A DNA stretch of 64,000 bases from the human T2T-CHM13v2.0 reference genome, Homo sapiens. Positions 12,348 to 27,135 of this stretch are shown here, piece by piece; the stretch's first letter is position 1, and every line of letters begins with the position of its first letter. The translations under genes were made by a program, and so were the position numbers. The stretch lies in the NCBI RefSeq assembly GCF_009914755.1, contig NC_060934.1; one strand, written 5' to 3'. The notes beneath the pieces are model-generated. The model ran no database searches. It was given only the letters and a program-made list of their open reading frames with translations, and had not been told where the DNA came from.

Positions 12348-14873
12348 GTAAGTGTGTGAATCAAGCAGATACACTGATGCTGTTGGTGTTTACACACTAC
12401 ATTTAATAGCCTGATCATTTGGAAGACTAATATTTGGTCTTCAAAAGCAACTTAGTAAATCAAAAGCACATGAGCTTTGGATACCTGATTCTCACCGAAC
12501 TTGCTGCAGGTTCCTGGGGGTGTTTGTGAGGATTAAAGTATGTATTGTAAATAATGGCTTAGGACAGTGTCTGGAACATAATAGATACACAGAAAATGTG
12601 AGTTCCATTTCCTTTTCCTTCCCTGTATCTTACACGGGGTGTTTAGACTCTTACTAGAGAATGTTGATGGAATGTGCCTGTTTTTAATGAATATAAGTGA
12701 CAAGCACATAAGAATGTGAGAAAAAATGTAGACTTCTGAGTTAATGAGGGGTCCCTGTTTGACTGCCTGTTTTGCCACATACTTTAGATTTTGGTGACTT
12801 TGGGTAAATTGCTCATCCTCTCTCAAATCTAGTTTTCTCATTTGCAAAATAAACATAATAATATAATTGAGTTTGAGTCAATAATTCACAATCCTTTACT
12901 TTTGTTTTTAATTTGGAACCAGCTAAGAGATAGACACAGGAATCAGATGTGATGATTACAATATTTCCTTTATGATTATTTTTATTCTCAAGTTTTATCT
13001 GTTAAAATGATTCCATCTATGTTGTTTTTCCTTTTATTTTTAGTTGACATGTAATAATTGTACATATTTGTGGGGTACAGAGAGTGATATTTAGATATAT
13101 GTATACAATGTGTAGTGATCAGATCAAGGTAGTTAACATATGCATCACCTCAAACATTTGTCATTTCTTTGTGTTGTGAACATCAAAAATCTTCTCTCCT
13201 AGCTCTTTAAATATATACAATAAATTATAATTAACCATATTTGCCCTACAGTGATGCAGAACACCAGAGCTCATTCCTCCTATCTAGCTTAATTTTGTAT
13301 TTGTTAGCCAACCTTTCCTTATCATCTTTAATACCCACAGTTCTACTCTTGACTTCCATGAGTTTGATTTTTTAGCTCTCATATATAAATGAGAACATGC
13401 AGTATTTATCTTTCTGTGCCTGCCTTGTTTTGCTTAATGCAATGTTCTCCAGACTTGTCCATATTGCTGTGAATGACAGGATGTCACTCTTTTTTTATGG
13501 CTGCATAGTATTCCATTTTCCAATTCATTAGCATAGGATTATTTCCATTTGTTTCTGTCCTCTTCGTTTCTTTCATCAGTGTTTTATAGTTTTCCTCATA
13601 GAAGTCTTTTACTTTTTTGGTTAAATTTATCCTAGGTGTTTTTTTTTTTTAATAGCTATTGTAAATAAGATCACCTTCTTTATTTCCTTTCAGCTAGTTT
13701 GTTATTGGAGTCTAGAAATATCACTGATTTTTGTATGTCGACTTTGTATCCTGCAACTGTACTGAATTAGTTTATTAGTTCTTAGAGTGTTTTGGTAGAG
13801 TCATTAGTTTTGGGGGATATATATATATATACATATATATATGAATATATGAATATATAGTCATGTTACATGCAAAGAAGGACAATTTAATTTCCTTTTT
13901 TTCCAATTTGGATGCCCCTTATTTCTTTCTCTTGACTAATTGCAATGGCTAGGACATCCAACATTATACTGAATAAGAGTGGTAAAAGTGGGCATTCTTG
14001 ACCTGTTTTCCAGTTCTTAGAAGAAAGGCTTTGAGCTTTTCCCCATTCAGTATGATCTTAGCTGTGTGTTTGTCATATATCGTCTTTATTGTGTTTAGAT
14101 ATGTTCCTTCTATGCCTCATTTGTTTAGAGTTTTTTTTTTTATCATGAAAGCATGTTGAATTTTATCAAATGCTTCTTCCACATCTATTAAGATTCTCAT
14201 ATGGTTTTTGTCATTCATTCTGTTGATATATCACATTTATTGATTTGCATATGTCAAATTATACTTGCATTCTGGGGATAAATCCCACTTGGTCATAGTG
14301 CATTATCTTTTTGATGTGTTGTTACATTTGTTTTGCTAGTATTTTGTTGAGGATTTTTTTTTTTTTTGCCTCTATGTTCATCGGGGATATTGGCTTGAAC
14401 TTTTTTTTCATTGTGTCTCTGTCAGATTTTGGTATCAAGTTGATAATGGCTTCATAGAATGAGTTAGAGAGGAGTCCCTCCTCCTTGAATTTTTTGGAAT
14501 GGTTTCAGTAGGATTGGTAGCAGTTCTTCTTTGTACATGTGGTAGACTTTAGCTGTGAATCCGTCTGGTCCAGGGCTTTTTTTGGTTGGTAGGATTTTTA
14601 TTACTGATTCACTTTTGGAATTCATTATTGGTCTGTTCAGGTTTTCTTGAACAGGAATTTCTTCCTGGTTGAATCTTGGGAGTTTTCAGGAATTTACTCA
14701 TTTCCTCTAGATTTTCTATTTTTCGTGTGCATAGATATTTATAATAATCTCTGAAGATCTTTTATATTTCTGTGGGATTAGTTGTAATGTCATCTTTGTC
14801 ATTTCTGATTGGGCTTAGATTTTCCTTTTTTTGTTGTTTAGCTAGCAGTCTATCAATTTTGTTTATTCTTTCA

Positions 14874-15218
<345 letters not shown>

Positions 15219-16857
15219 TCAGTTCTGCTCTGATTTTGGTTATTTGTTTTCTTCTGCTAGTTTGGGATTGATTCGTTCTTTTTTTCTAGTTTCTCTAGGT
15301 GAGACATCAGGTTGTTCATTTAAGATCTTCCTAACTTCTTTGATGTAGGCATTTAGCACTATAAACTATACTCTTAGCACTGCTTTAGCTGCATCCCAAA
15401 GATTTTGATTTGTTTTGTCTCTGTTTTCATTAATTTCAAAGAATTTTTTTGATTTCTGAATTCATTTGTTTACCCAAAAGTCATTTAGGAGCAAGTTGTT
15501 TAATTTCCAAGTAATTGTGTAGTTTTGGGAGATCTTCTTGGTAGTAATTTCTGTTTTTATTGTACTGTGGTCTGAGAGTATGCTTGAGATGATTTCAGTG
15601 TTTTTAATCTTTTTCAGATTTGCTTTATGGCTGAGCATATAGTCGATCTTAGAGTATATTCCATGTGCAGATAAGAAGACTGTATATCCTATGGTTTTGG
15701 AGTGGACTAGTCTGTAGATATTTATTGAGTCCAATTGGTCAAGTGTTGAATTTAAGACCAGAATTTCTTTATTAATTAATTTTTCGCTTTGATGATCTCT
15801 CTAATCCTGCCAGTTGGGTGTTGAAGGCTCCCAATATTATTGTGTGACTAAGTCTTTTCATAGGTCCAGAAGAACTTGTTTTATGAATCCGGGTGCTCCA
15901 ATGTTAGCTGTGTGTATATTTAAGATAGTTAACTCTTCTTTTTGAATTTTTCCCTTTGTCACTGTGTAATGCCCTACTTTGTCCTTTTAGATCATTGTTG
16001 GTTTAAAGTCTGTTTTATCTGATATAAGAATAGTGACCCCTGCTTTCGTTTTGTTTTCCATTTGCATGATAGATCTTTCTCCATCCCTTTACTTTGAGCC
16101 TGTGGGTGTTCTTACATGTGAGATGGGTCTCTTGAAGACAGAATATGGTTGGGCCTTATTTTTTTAATCCATTTTGCCATCCTAAGCCTTTTAAGTTGGG
16201 TATTTAGACCATTTGCCTTCAAGGTTTATATCAATATGTGAGATTTTGATGCTGTCATCACATTGTTGGCTGGTTGCTTTGTAGATTTGATTGTGTATCT
16301 CCTTTATGGTGTCTGTGGGCCATGTACTTGTGTTTTTGTGGTGCCAGGTACTGTTCTTTCATTTCCACATTTAGCACTTCCTTAAGGACTTCTTGTAAGA
16401 CTGGTCTAGTGCTCATGAATTTCCTTAGCTTTGATTGTCTGAAAAGGATTTTATTTCTCCTTTGCTTATGAAGCTTTCTTTGGAAGAATATCAAATTATT
16501 GTTTGGAGTTTATTTTATTTAATAATGCTGAAAATAGGTCCACAGTTTCTTCTCACTTGTAAGTTTCTGCTGAGAGGTCTACTCCTAGCCTGATGGGATT
16601 TCCTTTGTAAGTAAGCTGACCTTTCTCTCTAGCTGCCTTTAAGATTTTTTCTTTTGCATTGACCTTGGTGAATCTGTTAACTATATGTCTTGAGGATGGT
16701 CATCTTGTATGGTATCTCACAGGACTTTGCTGAATTTCTTAAATTTGCCTTTTGACTTCTCTAGTGAGATTGGGAAAAGTTTTGCGCACTATATTTTCAA
16801 ATATGTTTTCCAAGTTGTTTACTCTTCTTCTCTTTCAGAAATGCCAGTGAGTCATAG

Positions 16858-17238
<381 letters not shown>

Positions 17239-19106
17239 TGACTGAATTGATTTGAAGGACCAATCTTTGAGCTCTGAGATTCTTTCCTCATCTTGGTCTA
17301 TTCCGTTGTTAATGCTTCCAACTGTATTATGAAATTTCTGTAGTGAATTTTTCAATTCCAGAAGGTCAGTTTGTTTGTTTCTTAAAATGGCTTTGTCAAC
17401 TTTTTAACTCTTGGATCATTTTACCAAATTCCTTGGATTAGGTTTCAGCTGTCTCCTGAATCTCATTAAGCTTCCTTACCACCCAGATTCTGAGTTCTAT
17501 GTTTGTCATTTCAGCCATCTCAATTTAGTTAAGAACAATTTCTGGCGAGCTAGTACAATTGTTTGGAGATAAGGAGGCACTGACTTTTTGAATTGCCAAA
17601 GTTCTTGCATTAAATCTTTCTCTTCTGAGAGGGCACGTGTTCTTTTATCTTGTTGAATTTGCTATCATTTCGATGAGGCTTTTTGTTTTTATATTCTTTG
17701 TATCCCTTGTGGGTTTGACTGTAGCATAAGCTGAGTATAGTCAGTTGGCTTTATTTCTGGGTGCTTTCAGAGGGCCAACACTCTGTATGGGATATTTATT
17801 AATACTTGTGGCTAGATTCTGGCACTGGATTTCACAGGCAGTGTATACTGGAAGAGTTTGGGGTGTTGTAATTTAGGCTTCAATCCAGTAGATGGTGCTT
17901 GAGAATAATGGCCGGCAAATAGACTCTCAGTCACATGGCTCTTTTGTATTCCAGCACATTTGCAGCAGTGGGGGTGGTGGGAAGGGGTAGCGATGATCCC
18001 CTGCCAGGTCCATTTCCAGGCCTTAGGGGAGCCCCCTCCAGTCACTGGCACCATGCCCACATCTCTTTAACCCCAAGGGGAACCCTGGCAGCCTGTGCTC
18101 TCTCCTCCCTTGGGGCAGCTCGAGCCAAAGATTAGGTCACCAGGAGATCCACAGCACACTGGAGGCCTGCTGATCCTCTGTGCTTGGGAGTCAGAGCTAA
18201 TTGTGCAGTAGACCTACAGATGGTTTGTTGATGCAGTAGGTCAGGGGTGTGAGATCTCCAGGCAGGGCGGTGTTGCCGTGGGTGTATAGCTGATGTGGCA
18301 CCCATAGCCTAGGGTTTTCTGCCCAGCAGACAGCTGTGGGGACTTCCCAGTTCTTTTTGCCTTGAGTGGATCTCAATAAGCTATTTTAAAGAAGTGACAA
18401 CTTATCTTAGATCACAAAGTAAAGAATAGAAACAAAGAAAAAATTTTAAAAAAATTCTCTATGCTTTAACTCCATCCCCACCACATTTCAACTGCTTATT
18501 ATCTAAATTTGTGTATTTTTATATTACCTTTCTCTTAATAGGTTGCTGTAGCTATTACGGCTTTTTATGAGTTTATCTTTCAGCTTCATACCAGAGTTAG
18601 GCATGGATTGCACACCATCATTACAATAATAGAGTATTCTGGTTTTGTCCATGTTGTTAATGTTACCAGTGGATTTTATGCCTTGAAAAGTTTTCTTTTT
18701 GAATGTGTATGTGGTTTTTTGTATTTTTTTATTTTCCTTCTGAAGAACTCGCTTTAGCATTTCTTGTAAGTCAGGTCTGCTGCTGTTGAATCCTCAGATT
18801 TTGTTTATCTGAAAAATACTTTATCACTCCTTCATATTTAAAAGTACCTTTGCTGAATATAGTGTTCTTGGATAACAGGTTTTTTTTTTCTTTCAACACT
18901 TTGAAAATTTATCCCACTTCCTCCTGGCCTATATGATTTCTGTTGAGAGTCAATTGTCAGATGAATTGGAGCTCTTTTATATGTTAATTACTTCTTTTCT
19001 CCTGCTACTTTTTAGGATCCTCTCTTTATCCTTGAGCTTTGAGAGTTTTATTATTTTATGCTTTGGTGTAGCCTTATTTGGGTTGAATATGTTTGGTGTT
19101 CTCTGA

Positions 19107-19425
<319 letters not shown>

Positions 19426-21259
19426 CTGATGCTCTTATACCTGAATATTTATATCTGTTGCATTTTGGAAAGTTTTGTTATTATTTCTTTGAATAAGCTT
19501 CCTACCCCTTGCTCTTGTTCAACTCCCTCTTGAACACCAGTAATTTTTGGATTTGGTCTTTTGAGGTAATTGTCTATATTTGGTGATGATCTTCATTCTT
19601 TTTTATTCTTTTTCCACCTATGACTGCATTTTCAAGTAGCCGGTTTTCAAGCTCACTGATTCTTTCCTCTGCTTGATTCATTCTGCTATTGTGAGGCTGT
19701 AATGAATTTTTCAGTTCAGCTAATATATTTCTCAGCTCCAAGATTTCTATTTGATTTTTAAATTATTTCAATCTCTTTGTTAAGTTTGTCTAATAAATTT
19801 TTGAATTGGTGTTCTGTTACCTTGGAGATCTCTGAGTTTCCTCAAAGCTATTAATACTAGTTTGAATTTTTGATCAGGGAGCTCTTATATGGCTATCTCA
19901 TGAGGGTCAGTCACTGGTTCCTTGCTTTATCCATTTGGGGAGGTCATGGTTTTGTGTTGACTGCAGTTTCTTCTGGATGTGCAAGAAATATATATCTTGT
20001 ATTGATGTCTTTGAATGAAGGATTAGTTATTTATTCCAGTGTTCTCTGTCTGGCTTATTTTTGTTTTTTATTGAATGTATTTGGTTATAGATTCTATGTA
20101 ATTTACCTGTCGAATTTTTTTTTTCTTTTTTTTTTTTTTTTTTTTTGGTGAGGGGCTAAGTTGCTGCCTTCTTTTTGGCACTAGATGTCACCTTACGACC
20201 AAGTTTGCCTTGGCTCCAGTAAACAATAAGAGAGCTGCTCATTCAAATTAGGGAAAGTCTCAAAGGAGATATCATGGCAGTGTGGGAAAGGTGGCTAGAG
20301 ATTCATGCCCAGGGGTCCTGTGCAATGTATCTTCTGCAGTGTGGTGCTACTAAACAACCACTCTGGTTTGGCATCTCCTTTAGCTGAGTTACAGACCAGA
20401 GTTTCCAGGGCTGGGGATGGTAGTCCCACCTCACCTGTTTGTTTCTGACTCTTCTCAGGATATTTCTTTCTTCAGGCACATGTAGTGCTTCCTGTGGGTT
20501 GAGGTAGGGACAGGTTTCCTGCCAGGTAACCCAGATGGTGGGAAACCTGGATGTCACCTTTTCTGGTATAGAAATCATGAATCAGGTGGAGATTTTTTGC
20601 ACTCTTGGTGCTGGGCAAATTGGAGGAATGGGCATTGCAGATGTGGAAACCCAATTCTCTTACTGCCTACTTAGAGTTTTTTTCCCATCTCTGTGGATCC
20701 AGGAACTGTCTTCTCCTCGTATTTGATTTCTGGGATATTGTTGGTGATAATTTCAGTGCTGTATATTTGGTTTTGGTTTTCTTTGTAAAGAAGTGAAGCC
20801 AGCTTGCTTCTACACTGTTATTTTGGAACCAGAAGTCCTCTCTTGTCTTTTTAATCTAATTCTCTTTAAGATAATTATTTTATCTTTGAATTAATTATTT
20901 TTTATGTAAATTACAAATAAGTCTTAATGGTTCCTTTGCTTTGTTAACCAGTACATCTTTGGAAATAACACAAGTGTAGTTTTAGAGCTTCACAATCAAT
21001 AATGACTATAAAACTCAATATATGAGGAATCATAACTCCAAGTGAAAATTATATAACTCTTTGTCTTCATTTCATTGCAGTCACTTCCATCTTCATTATT
21101 TGGTTAACCACTACAGCCACATTTGGAAAGCTGTGTCTTTTCTTAACTGAACAGTCCAGTCATGCTTGTTTTATAGTCAGTAAACTGATTAAAAATTAGT
21201 AATTCAAATGTATTTCCATAATTTGCCTAATCTTAAATTATAATTAAAAAAATGCTTTT

Positions 21260-23625
21260 AAAGAAGTTACAGTTTTTAATTCTGATGAGATTGTATTTTA
21301 TTAGTTTTTCCTTTTATGGATCATGTTTTGATATCAAGTCTAACAGCTCATCACTTAGCTGAGGGCCTGAATAATTTTTTTGTGTTCTTTTATGAAAATT
21401 CTGTAAGTTCATATTTGACATTTAAGTCCATAGTCCATTTTGAGTTAATAAATTATTAAATTTAGGTGAAGATTCATTTTTTGGCCTATTGATGGCTAGT
21501 TGTTTCAATATCATTTATTGAAAATTCTGTTATTCCTCTATTGAATTATTGTTGTACCTTTGTCAAAAATTATTGGGCATATTTGTATGGGCCTATTTCT
21601 GGTTCCGTATTCTGTTCTGTTGATTAGTGTGTCTATCCTTCTGCCGGTACCACCCTTTGGATTATTGTAGTGATATAGTAAGCTTTAACATCAGATAGAA
21701 TGATTCCTCCCACGTTATTCTCCTTTTTCAAAATTGTTTGAGCTATCCTAGGGTCTGTGCTTTCTCTAATAAATTTTAGAATTAGTTTGGCTACATCTAC
21801 ACAAAACTTGCTGGGATTTGGATGGAAATTACTTTAAATCTGTAGTTTAATTGGAGAGAGCTGATATCTTTACTGTATTGAATCTTCCAATCCATGAACA
21901 TGGTAAGTGTATTTATTTAGGTCTTCTTTGAATTCTTGCATCAGCATTTTGTCATTTTCAGTGTATAGATCTTGTATATGTTTTGTTAAATTTACCCTAT
22001 TCATTTTCTTTGGAGCAATTGTAAATGGTATTGTGTTTGTACTTTCAGTTTCCACATATTCATTGCTAGTACGTAGAAATTTAATTGATTTTCATTTGTT
22101 GATCTTGTACCCTGTGATCTTGTTGAAATTACTTATTAGCTCTTAGAGGTTTTGTAGGTTTTTTTTTTTTTAGATTCTTTAGTGTGTTCTACATAGACAG
22201 TCATGCCATGTGCATATAGATTTGTCTCTTCCTTTTTGATCTGTATACAATCTGTATACATCCTACTTATTTTCTGGTCTTATTGCTGTACTAAAATGTC
22301 AAGTGCTATATTGAATAAGAGTGGTGAGAGCAGGCGTTGTTGCCATCACTGATCTCAGAGGGAAAGCAAACTAAAATTTTATGTTTTGTGAAAGACCCAA
22401 TGAAGAGGATAAAAAAAAAAAAACAAGCTAGAGAGTAACTATATGCAGGGCACATATCCAACAAAGGCCTTGGATCTAGAATTTATAAGGAACCCTCAAA
22501 AATCAATAGTTAAAAAAAAAAGAAAAACAGAAATGGGTAAAAGACATGAACAGACAGTTCACCAAAGAGAACATACAGATGACAAGCACGTGAAAAGATG
22601 CTCAGCTTCATTAGCCCTTGGGGAAATGCTAATTAAAACCAGGATGGAGTAGCATTACACACCTATCAGAAAGGCTTATGTAAAAATAGTGACAGCACCC
22701 CATGCTGATGAAGATTTGGAAATGCTGGTGAGGATTTGGAGAATTATGTGAAGATTTGGAGAAACTGTATTGCTCATACATTACCCATATGTATGAGACA
22801 TTGGGAATGTAGACTGGTACCAGCCACTGCGGAAAACAATTGAGCAGTTTCTTGGAAAGAAAACAAAAACAAAACTAACTAAAGTTGACATATAACCCAG
22901 CAATAGCACTCTTGGGGCATTTATCCCAGATTAATCAAAATTTATGTTCATACAGAAACCTGTATGTAAATGTTCATAGCAGATTATATTCACAGTAGCC
23001 AAAAACCAGAACAACCCAGATGTCCTTCAACAAATTGATGGTTAAATAAAGTGGCACATATCCACATCATGGAATATTATTTAGCAATAAAAGGAAGCAA
23101 ACTATTGTTACACCAACAACTTGGATGGATCTCCAAGTTATTCTGGGTGGGAAAAAAGTCAATCACAAAAGGTTAGCTATTGTGCAATTTTATTCATATA
23201 GTGAATTTTGCTATTTCTTCTTGAAATAGCAAAAGCATAGAGAAGGAGAACAGATTACTATTTTCCAAGGGTTAGAGATTGGGGTGGATGAGTGTGACTC
23301 TATAGGGATAGCAGGAGGAAGTCTTGTGGTGGAACAGCTCTGTATCTGGACTGTGGTTATAGTTACATGAATCTTCACATATGATATAATTGCATGGAGC
23401 TCTGTGCATGCACACATGCACACATACACACTCACACACTCACTAACAGTTGCATGTAAAACTGGTGAAATCTGAATTAAGCTTTGTGGATTGTCCCAAT
23501 GTCAGTTTCCTGGTTTTGATATTATATCTTGTTAAACAAGATGACACCATCTGGGAAACTGGGTGAAAGATACACAGGGCCACCCTGTACAACTTCCTGT
23601 ATATCTGTATTATAAAATAAAATGT
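21260..23625 (+). mobile_element. Old L1 (L1MD-like) with inverted 5' segment (21260-22368 minus, 22369-23625 plus)
   Basis: Minus-strand ORF2 remnant (ORF 21870-22055) joined to plus-strand ORF2 end and 3'UTR (ORF 22443-22652). Confidence 0.75.
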
Positions 23626-23632
23626 TTTTTAT

Positions 23633-23900
23633 GGCAGATATGGTGGCTGACGCCTATAATCCCAGACCTTAGGAGGCCAAGGCTGAGGATCACTTTAGGC
23701 CAGGAGTTTGAAACCAGCCTGGGTAACAAAAATAAAAATAAAAAAGTTAGCTGGGCATGGTGGAACGCACCTATAGTTCTTGCTACTCAGGAGGTTGAGG
23801 AGGGAGGATTGTAGTTTGAGATTGCAGTGAAATATGATGACACCGCTGTACTCCAGCAGCTGAGACAACAGAGCAAGACCCTGTCTCTAAAAAACAAAAA
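23633..23900 (+). mobile_element. AluJ-like with internal deletions
   Basis: ggtggctgacgcctataatcccag...gagcaagaccctgtctctaaaa, flanked by aaaatgtttttt and aaaagtttttt. Confidence 0.85.
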
Positions 23901-24703
23901 GTTTTTTCAAAGGGTTAATTAAAAATTTTAATTATAAAAATGATAAGCTATGAAAATAAAGGAATGCTTATTGTTTTCTATTTTTATATGCTTTGGGGTT
24001 ACAGTTGACAACATTTACATGTGTCCACAATGTCTTGCTGAAACGACTCATTCTCAGCTTGTCCCACATGTGACTCTCCAGGCAAGTTCAGCAACACCTG
24101 AGCTGGTCTATAACCTGTTAAGTTGAGCACACTTCTCAGTGCTGTGCCAGTGTCAAATTGCCATAAGAGTTTCTGAGCACTTACTCCCAGTTTCTTGACT
24201 CATTGTGGACCAGCAACAGACCTTTGTAGGCCTGCACCAACTCAATGACCACACCCAGCTGTACTGGTGTCCACACACAGTCTGGAATCTAGTGTTGGGT
24301 CGACTGTTGCTCCCAGTTTCCGTGTGAGTTGACAGGGATCTTCATATAAGAAACAGATATGCTATTGTTGGGGCCAGAGAAAGTCTTCTGTGCCTTTCCA
24401 GAATTACAGTGCTGCTTTAAGTTCTGCCTTTGGATAACAAACAGGGACACACAAGGGCAAATTTATTACTTATTTTGGAGAGCATTTCTTATTATGAATG
24501 ATTGCTTCCTGCTTTCTCCTGAAAACCTATTAAAATAGTCTTCCTTATCCATTGGGCTAAGTTAAAAATAGCACATTTTCTTGTGAGTGAAAATGAGATC
24601 TTTCTGATTAAATCTTGACATCTCTTTCACCCTTTTTGGCAATCTGTGAATTTGTGTTTTTCCCCCATGTGGATCATACAAAATTACTGTCATCTTATTA
24701 CAG

Positions 24704-24766
24704 TTCAACATCATGGATATAGTGGCCCAAATGAGAGAACAACGTTCTGGCATGGTTCAAACGAAG
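24704..24766 (+). CDS. PTPN20: PTPN20 coding exon (63 bp, phase 0 to 0)
   Basis: ttacag acceptor, gtaagc donor. FNIMDIVAQMREQRSGMVQTK matches the PTP RxQRxxMVQT motif. Too short to appear in the ORF track. Confidence 0.93.
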
Positions 24767-25467
24767 GTAAGCTTTCACCACATACATAATAATAAGAATA
24801 ATGAATATAAAGATTAACATTGCATAACACTTTACCACTTAAAAGCTCTTTTATTGACATAATCTCATTGAATTCCTACTGTTTGAGGTAGACATTAGTT
24901 TTGCTCTGATTCTCTGGTATTCCTGACCAAGTACTTCAAATTCAGAGCAATAAAGCCTGCTCCATGGAGTCACTCAGATAGAAGGGGAGGAGCCAAGCCT
25001 GAAGTTGAGGTCTCCTCGTGTCCAAACACATGCCTTGTCCATAATGCCGTGCTATTTAAGTAACATCTAAAGTTATTTTTAAAACATTTCTGGATAGCAG
25101 TTTGAGATATTTACTTGCCACTAAACTGTCAAGGTTATCAGGACGTCATAAAAAGACATCATTTATGTCACAGATTTGTTAGTAGTCATTGGGAGGGTAG
25201 ATTAATAGAATATGGATAATGATAAAAAAAACAGTTATGTTAAGCCTTAAGGTAACTAGTTCTAGGCCAAGAGCTATATTTTGATCATTTATCTTCCTCA
25301 TAGTTTTAAAAATGTATTCACGTAAAGTTCTTAAGTGTTTATAGTTAAATGTTTGCTCTTTTTAGGAACTTTCCAGTGTGGCTGAAAATTACAAATGTGT
25401 TTTCTGAAAGTGGATTCTGTTATTCAATTACTTAACATTCTGTTGTTTTTTATATATATGTATATAG

Positions 25468-25533
25468 GAGCAGTATCACTTTTGTTACGATATTGTGCTT
25501 GAAGTTCTTCGGAAACTTCTGACTTTGGATTAA
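25468..25533 (+). CDS. PTPN20: PTPN20 last coding exon segment, ending at TAA
   Basis: tatatag acceptor. EQYHFCYDIVLEVLRKLLTLD* completes the Q-loop (QTKEQY). Confidence 0.93.
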   Translation, partial: EQYHFCYDIVLEVLRKLLTLD

Positions 25534-27120
25534 GAAAGACTTCTGTTGCCTCTCACTTGAAATTACCAAGTGGGTTTGCACCTCCTCATAAAGAACATGT
25601 TTGCACTGTGCTGAAGGGCTTTGCTATGCATACAATCTGCTTTCTTGGTTTATCAGTTTATTTTCTTTCTAAAAGCTCCCTGAAGGGCAATATCATTTGG
25701 CTTGGGGTGATCAGTGTTTACTTATTGATCTTGCTAGACAATATCAAAATAACTTCCCACATTTTCCAGTGAAACAGATGTTACATAAAACGATTGCAGC
25801 TTGGCTATTTGGTTGAAGGGATTACAGAGCCCAATAAAGGATTTAAAATATATTCATTAAGATTTTATTTGGAAAGGTGGCTGGAGAGAGCTGAGGATTT
25901 CCAGGACTTTGTAAGTTCTTATTCTGGGAGAACATAAGGCCAATAATCATGACCTCTTCCAGGCATTTTTAAGACAGATGTCTATTCATGTTCTTTAGCT
26001 AGAGCCTGTACTTTTTGCTGGCATTTGAATAACCCAGTTTAAAAAGAGTCCAGTTAGGGTGGACTAACTTTGGACACAAATTGGCTTCCATTTCCTACAT
26101 TTTCATACTGCTGCCTTCCTACAGCTGCTAGACCAAGACCTGTTGGTCTGGGAAGCATTTCATGGATAGGGAGAGCTCCTCTCGGTGAACAGTCCAAAAC
26201 TAAAATAGATGTTTATATAGAAAGCCCAAGAGGAGATTTTTGCCATGCCTGAGTTCTTTCCTATCCCACCCTAACACTTAACATATTACTTAGTCTGCTT
26301 TGTTAAAAGCAAGTATTACCTTTAACTTGCCTCTTACTCTTTGCCCTTTAGCTAACTAATAAAGTTTGATATAGGCATTATTATATAATTCTGAGTCATT
26401 CATGGTATCTCTCATGTTTGATGTATTTTTCAAACTAAGATCTATGATAGTTTTTTTTCCAGAGTTCCATTAAATCATTTATTTCCTTTACTTTCTCACC
26501 TCTGTTGAAACATTTAGAAACTGGATTTGGGAACCCAATTTTGGAAAACCAGATTCATAGTCATGAAAATGGAAACTTCCATATTCTGTTTTTGAAAAGA
26601 TGTGGCCATTATTACAGTAATTTTATTATAGGACTTTGCCTCGTACAATTAATAGTGATATTTTGGACAAGGAGTTCTGGTGACAAGCTATACCTAATTA
26701 TAAGCTATAAAACAATAGATATGAGTGTTTGTACAGTTTAACTCAATGGAGATCAGAATATTCTATGTATTGAGAAAATGTTTAATATCAATCTATAAAT
26801 CTTGAATTTCTAAGAGGCTTATTTTGTTCTTTTGGCTGAATGAGTATATTTGAATTGGTTGAATAATTAATAATTCTCATTGTAAAAATAATTATATGCC
26901 AAAAATATATTTGATGTTAAATCAAATAGATGATTCTGTTTACATTGTTCATATGAATAATAATCTGTGTTAATTTCATTTTGATAATTGGCCTTTAATA
27001 TTTGTATCTCTAATTTTATTTTCTCTCTGTTACTGTAAAATAATAGCTATAATGTATAACAATTTTCTTCAGAAGAATTCTATGCTATTATTAAAATAAA
27101 ATATTTACTGTGTATTGCCT
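25534..27120 (+). other. PTPN20: PTPN20 3' UTR (end approximate)
   Basis: Repeat-free AT-rich sequence after the stop. AATAAA at 25833, 26358 and 27095; the last overlaps ATTAAA and is followed by a GT/T-rich stretch. Confidence 0.7.
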
Positions 27121-27135
27121 GAAGTATTTTTATTT
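27090..27135 (+). terminator. Probable distal polyadenylation signal
   Basis: attaaaataaa followed by tgtgtattg and tatttttatt downstream elements. Confidence 0.6.

Noticed and set aside
9162-12359. ORF-track PTP ORFs as standalone proteins or pseudogene fragments
   Set aside because: They are exons read into introns; canonical splice sites join them in frame with no disabling change. Which 10q11 paralogous copy this is cannot be decided from the window.
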